Assembly: GCA_963737265.1 (NCBI GenBank)
Contig: CAVTRY010000016.1
Location: 160,001-224,000, forward strand
Length of the DNA stretch: 64,000 nt
DNA from: an uncultured delta proteobacterium
GTDB lineage: Bacteria; Myxococcota_A; Polyangia; Fen-1088
Reading direction: 5' to 3'
Shown: positions 59,855 to 64,000 of the stretch, piece by piece
How positions within the stretch are numbered: the stretch's first letter is position 1
Layout of the letters: every line of letters begins with the position of its first letter
Made by a program: the position numbers and the translations under genes
Notes under the pieces: generated by a model
The model's database searches: none
What the model was told of the DNA's origin: nothing
Seen by the model: the letters and a program-made list of their open reading frames with translations, nothing else

Positions 59855-61039
59855 TCACAGCAGAACGAGAAAAAGCGCCGCCCACAGCATGCCTTGGTCG
59901 GCGAAGTACAGGCCCGCTCGTCCTCGGTAGGGACGCCCCGCGCTGGTGTAGAGCTCGAGAAAATTCTGGTCGCGCTCGACCACGGCGGCGACGGCACGCC
60001 GGTGCGATGCAAAGCTGTCGCCATCGACGTCGCGCAGAAGACCGAGATAGACGGGCCCGATTTGCATCCAGCTGGTGTCGCCCTGGTAGTTGGGGGCAAA
60101 CAGACGCGGAATGATGAGCTCGCTCTCGGGTAGCCGACGTTGAAAATAGCGCAGCGGCACGGGCTTGGTGAAGCCGAGCCGATCGAGGCTCGCCAGCGCC
60201 CGCCGTTTCATTTCGGGATCGGTTTCCACCTCGAAAAAGAAAGGCCAAATGTTGGCGTCGCCCGAAGGCTCGTCGCGATCGAGCGCGTCCCTGAAATAGT
60301 CGCCGCGCCAGAAGCTCTCGCGAATTCGGCTGGCCACGTTGGATCCGTGCAGCGGGTTCGGCAGGACGTCCTGATGGTCGAGCAGGCGTTCCAGCAAGGC
60401 CAGCATGGTGTTGGCGAAAGCGGTCGATCGCCCGGTGATGCAGTCGCGGGGCGCGGAAAAGTAACGGTCGCCGCGCGCGAGACCCGACTCGGGATCGAAG
60501 ACGGTTGCGACGTAGCGCTCGACTTCCAAGGCCAGGAAATCGCGGTGCCGCGGCACGAGGTCGTGCGCCCCGGCTTGCTCCAGCCCGAACAGCAGCATGG
60601 GCAACGAGTCGCACGCGTAGCTGTACACATCACGCGGGTAGCGGCCAGCGAAAATGGTCGTGGTCAGTCGCCGCGCGCGCGCGAAGGTCGCCAGCGCCCA
60701 GGTCCAAGACTTTAGAACCTTGTCGCGGTAACCGAGGCGGCACAACGCCCCGGTGCACATGGCCAGATCGCGCGTCCAGAACTGATGAAAGTGGCCAGCC
60801 GATCCGGCAAAGAACTGGCCGGTCCAACAGTCGTCGATCACCGCGCGGCAGATGGCCTCGACGCTGCCCGAGTAGCGTTTCCACCCGAGCGTTCTGCGCA
60901 GAAGGGAAAGCACCGCCACGCGCACGCCGGCCGCGATGAGTACCGGATCGAAGGGCAACGGTGCCGACTGGTACGGAATAAGCTCGTGCCCCGCCGAAGG
61001 CGTGGGCGCCAAAGCCACCGAATCTTTCGCCGTGGACAT
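59855..61039 (-). CDS. Six-hairpin glycosidase-like protein
   Basis: F.QFWTRD motif, DSLP, NYQG, FLELY; no signal peptide. Confidence 0.6.
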   Translation of the reverse strand: MSTAKDSVALAPTPSAGHELIPYQSAPLPFDPVLIAAGVRVAVLSLLRRTLGWKRYSGSVEAICRAVIDDCWTGQFFAGSAGHFHQFWTRDLAMCTGALCRLGYRDKVLKSWTWALATFARARRLTTTIFAGRYPRDVYSYACDSLPMLLFGLEQAGAHDLVPRHRDFLALEVERYVATVFDPESGLARGDRYFSAPRDCITGRSTAFANTMLALLERLLDHQDVLPNPLHGSNVASRIRESFWRGDYFRDALDRDEPSGDANIWPFFFEVETDPEMKRRALASLDRLGFTKPVPLRYFQRRLPESELIIPRLFAPNYQGDTSWMQIGPVYLGLLRDVDGDSFASHRRAVAAVVERDQNFLELYTSAGRPYRGRAGLYFADQGMLWAALFLVLL

Positions 61040-61154
61040 GTCGTTTGGATACAGCGAATGGGGTTTGGGATCCTTCTGGCGGCGAAAATTGCCACTAAAG
61101 ACGGCTAACCGCAATCCCGCGACCAGCACCGGGTGGGTTGCACGGGTCCGGGTT

Positions 61155-62711
61155 TCATGACTGGGCGGCCTGGGCTTGGGTGTGAGGCCAGAGGGCGAGC
61201 CAGGCCCCCGGGTTGTAGAAGGCAACCCTGAGCGCGACCATGGCTTCAAGGCCGACCTCGCTCCAGAGCATGCCGCCTTGCTTGCAGCGCCGGCCGACGA
61301 GGCGCTTGTTGGTGCTTTCGATGGCGGCACTGGCCAGCGGATAGCCGGCAGCATGGTATGCGGGGTAGTCCATCATGTGCTTGTGGCGGCTCAGGTAGCC
61401 GGTCAAGTCGTCGAGGGCTTTGACCGCTTGGCTGCCGGTGGAGCGCTGCCGCTCTTGGGCGAGGCCCGAGAGCACCTGGTCGACCTTGCCGTCCATGATG
61501 GCCTCGGTACGTGGCAAGACCCAAGATGGCACTGCTTTCTTGTCCGGCACGACCTTGTGACCTGCCTCCCAGACATGCTGCTTGGCGTGCTGGCAGTCGA
61601 GGATGCCAAGCAACGGCTGGTCGCAGAAGATCTCGTCGCTGTGCTCGATGAAGTAAGCGCCACCGTCGGAGACACGGACTACCTTCTGGCGAGACAGCAC
61701 GCCCTGGGTCGTGGCGGCGGCGTGCAGCTTGTGCCAAAAGCCGTCTCGGTCGTTGAGTGTTGCGACGTAGCGCCGGTCCAGCAAGACGCCTCGGCCGGGG
61801 CTCTCCTCGCAGGCGTGTTCCCCGAGGTAGGTCAGTCCCATGCACACCTCGCGGCCGGCGACCCGTGGTGAGCGCCCGGTGGGCCCCATGGGCGAGCCAG
61901 CGACCTCGGACAGGGTACTCGGCGCCTGATGGCGAAGGGCACGTTCGCCGGTCTCGCTGACCGCTGCCGACTGTGTGGCGTTCGGGACCGCAGACGGCGC
62001 CTTCGCCTCGTCGGTCGCTTTGCGCCGTGGCTCTTGTCCTGGTTTCCAGGTCAGGACGTGAACACCGTCAACCTCGATCACGCCGAAGCCCTCTGTACGC
62101 TTGGGCGCACACAGGTCACCGCGAGCCTGGGCGTGCACCTGTTGGTCGTACTTGCTCCAATGGGCTTCGGCATCGGCCTGGGCGGCCTGGGCGGCACGCG
62201 TTCCATCTTCGGTCACCCATCGTTTGGCGGTGCTCCCGTCGGGAGCCACGGCCCACAGGTAACGGAGTTCCTCGACGGCCTCGTCGAAGCTGCCCATCCG
62301 GCAGGCCAGCCTTTCGGTCGCCTCGCGCACATCGTCGGCGTATTCGCCCGCAGGAAGGCCCCAAGCCTCGTCAAAGGCAAACCAGCTGCGGCCGCAAACA
62401 CACTCGTTGCGTCGACGATCGGCTTCCACCCGACCGAATCTCGCCACGAACGTCGTTCTCTCAAATCCTCTAGATTTGGCTTGCTTTCCACAGGTGCAGA
62501 CTTGTCCAGGTCCATGAGCCCGCGCGGCCTGTTGGATGACCAGTTCCATGGCTCTTCGGCCCACAGCCGACAACGTCGTCGCCAGCGCAGCCCCCAGCGT
62601 CGCCACGGACATGCCATCGCCGCGCAGCGCTTGTTGTTCGAGCTCGTTCAATTTCTGGACGAGCGGTTCCAGAGCCTGCAAAGTCAATCCTGCGACATTG
62701 GGTCGTCTCAT
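61155..62711 (-). CDS. ISKra4 (IS256/Mutator-like) transposase
   Basis: GGAGG RBS; CxC..C motifs, EVDG, SDGG, LDCQHA..H, GYPLASAAIES.NK.LV..RCKQGGM.WS. Confidence 0.92.
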   Translation of the reverse strand: MRRPNVAGLTLQALEPLVQKLNELEQQALRGDGMSVATLGAALATTLSAVGRRAMELVIQQAARAHGPGQVCTCGKQAKSRGFERTTFVARFGRVEADRRRNECVCGRSWFAFDEAWGLPAGEYADDVREATERLACRMGSFDEAVEELRYLWAVAPDGSTAKRWVTEDGTRAAQAAQADAEAHWSKYDQQVHAQARGDLCAPKRTEGFGVIEVDGVHVLTWKPGQEPRRKATDEAKAPSAVPNATQSAAVSETGERALRHQAPSTLSEVAGSPMGPTGRSPRVAGREVCMGLTYLGEHACEESPGRGVLLDRRYVATLNDRDGFWHKLHAAATTQGVLSRQKVVRVSDGGAYFIEHSDEIFCDQPLLGILDCQHAKQHVWEAGHKVVPDKKAVPSWVLPRTEAIMDGKVDQVLSGLAQERQRSTGSQAVKALDDLTGYLSRHKHMMDYPAYHAAGYPLASAAIESTNKRLVGRRCKQGGMLWSEVGLEAMVALRVAFYNPGAWLALWPHTQAQAAQS

Positions 62712-62795
62712 GGCGGTGCCTCCTTCTTGGATAGCTGAAGGCATCGCCATGAATCTCCTTCCTACGCAAATTCCTTCCATTTTGGGAACCACGCC

Positions 62796-62874
62796 AGGGC
62801 CCGTTTTCCGAGCGCGCCACCCACCAACTCGCCCTCGAATCAACGTCCCGTAGCGCGCTCGGAAAACGGGCCCT
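62796..62874. repeat. 22-bp perfect inverted repeat with a 35-nt loop inside the IS leader
   Basis: AGGGCCCGTTTTCCGAGCGCGC (62796-62817) and GCGCGCTCGGAAAACGGGCCCT (62853-62874). Confidence 0.9.
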
Positions 62875-63224
62875 TCAGCCGCCACCAGAACCCGGGCCCG
62901 TGCAACCCACCCTACAGCACCTTCGCGGGCCCGTCTTCAGATCGGGATAGACCCCGCCACCCGGGGCGAAATCAGCCGTCGCGGGAATATCCTCGATTCG
63001 TGGAAAAAGTCCTTCGATGTGCGCTTTCACGTCCGCGGCTGCCATGGTGACCTCGCAAGCTTGAGTTCTGGGCCGCATGGTACACGGCTTGTCGCCGCAA
63101 CTTCAACGCAAGCCCGGAAGCGGCCGAAGCGAAATACCCTCGACACAGGACGTTTGACCGAGCCTCCCGTCTTGTCTATCCTCGCTGTGCCACCGGCTTC
63201 GATGGCTTGCGGCCAAGGAGAACC

Positions 63225-64000
63225 ATGCGATTCACGGCTCTGTCAAAATTCCTGATTCTTGTCGTCGTCCTAGGCGCCATGGGAGCAGCGGTTTATCGCT
63301 GGCGGCACACGCTTCCAGACCACACCCCGGCGACACCAGGGACTGCGGGGGAAGCGCCCCAAGGCACCACGCCCGGCAAGGGCAAGCGCATCGTCGTTGG
63401 CGTCAATGATTTTGGCGGCGCCTATCCCGGACTGGTTGCCAACGACGGCACTCTGGCCGGACCGGCATCCGCGTTCGCCAAGGCGGGTCTCGACGTCGAG
63501 ATTCGGTTGGTCAAAGGTTCCAAGGAACGGCTCGACCAGTTCGATTCCGGCCAAATCGACGTCATGCTGCTGACCCTCGACTACCTGGCCAATCTTTTTC
63601 CCGAATACCAGGCGAAGAACGTCGACGTGCAAGCCTTCCTGATGGCCGACTGGTCGCGGGGAAACATGGGCGTGGTGACCAAGCCCGAGTTCACGACCAT
63701 CGAATCGCTCAAAAAGGCCCGCATCACTACCACGCGCAACACGCCCACGCACTACTTCCTGCTGACCCTCTTCGATCGCTCGAACCTCAAGCCGAGTGAG
63801 ATTGAAATCATCAAGAGTTCCTTCGTCTTCGCCAAGAAGACCCCACTGGCCGGCGAACTGTTCCAGCGTGGCGAGGTCGATGCCGTCGCCATCTGGGAGC
63901 CCTACCTCTCGCGTGCCGTCGGCGAGGCTAAGGGGCGACTTCTAGTGTCGACGGCCACGGCCACCAATCTCGTCGCGGATGTGCTCTTCGCGCGCGCTAG
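63225..64000 (+). CDS. SsuA/THI5-like ABC substrate-binding protein (partial)
   Basis: AAGGAG RBS; MRFTALSKFLILVVVLG anchor; GGAYPGLVANDG, DWSRG, TPTHYF, GEVDAVAIWEPYL; frame open to the window end. Confidence 0.8.
   Translation, partial: MRFTALSKFLILVVVLGAMGAAVYRWRHTLPDHTPATPGTAGEAPQGTTPGKGKRIVVGVNDFGGAYPGLVANDGTLAGPASAFAKAGLDVEIRLVKGSKERLDQFDSGQIDVMLLTLDYLANLFPEYQAKNVDVQAFLMADWSRGNMGVVTKPEFTTIESLKKARITTTRNTPTHYFLLTLFDRSNLKPSEIEIIKSSFVFAKKTPLAGELFQRGEVDAVAIWEPYLSRAVGEAKGRLLVSTATATNLVADVLFARA

Larger units (their letters stand above)
61131..62912 (-). mobile_element. ISKra4-family insertion sequence
   Basis: 24-bp inverted repeats GGGTGGGTTGCACGGG(T/C)CCGGGTT; flanking CAGCACC at 61124-61130 and 62915-62921. 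Confidence 0.9.

Noticed and set aside
62913-63078. Short ORF (MAAADVKAHIEG...) as a gene interrupted by ISKra4
   Set aside because: Rejoining across the IS gives only about 49 codons with no recognisable motif
199-63752. Many long antisense or alternate-frame ORFs in the track (e.g. 13650-14909 +, 36607-38433 +, 25400-26530 -)
   Set aside because: They shadow well-supported genes, which is expected in high-GC DNA, and carry no recognisable motifs

Overview
High-GC bacterial window, most likely Myxococcota (Polyangia-like), judged from the MYXO-CTERM-like tail, the fibro-slime protein and the many lipoproteins with Gly/Thr or DAG-rich linkers. 0.2-11 kb is a metal-homeostasis cluster. It holds a Ni/Co ECF importer (nikMN-Q-O type) and a TonB-dependent receptor plus tonB, transcribed divergently from two 28-bp NikR-like operators, with a deleted exbB-exbD remnant. 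Nested between tonB and nikR is a Fur/ferritin module with a porin, a His-containing membrane protein, an FMN-binding protein and ApbE. 11-16 kb: a redoxin and pyruvate dehydrogenase aceF/aceE. 16-30 kb is a surface-protein locus: two divergent, paralogous ~1000-aa RTX-repeat lipoproteins sharing a conserved upstream motif, two tandem Cys-rich lipoproteins, a GT-C-like membrane protein and a matrixin. 30-42 kb: murB, lipoprotein glycoside hydrolases (GH116, GH43, GH5) and a fibro-slime protein. 42-58 kb is a scrambled accessory region with several gene fragments, duplicated sigma54 promoter/enhancer units, two CxxCH TolB-like proteins, and ISAs1 and IS4 insertions with intact target duplications. 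58-64 kb: two PPIases (surA frameshifted), a GH-like gene, an ISKra4 element and a partial ABC substrate-binding gene. No rRNA, tRNA or CRISPR array was seen. All family assignments come from motif recognition by eye; no database searches were run.
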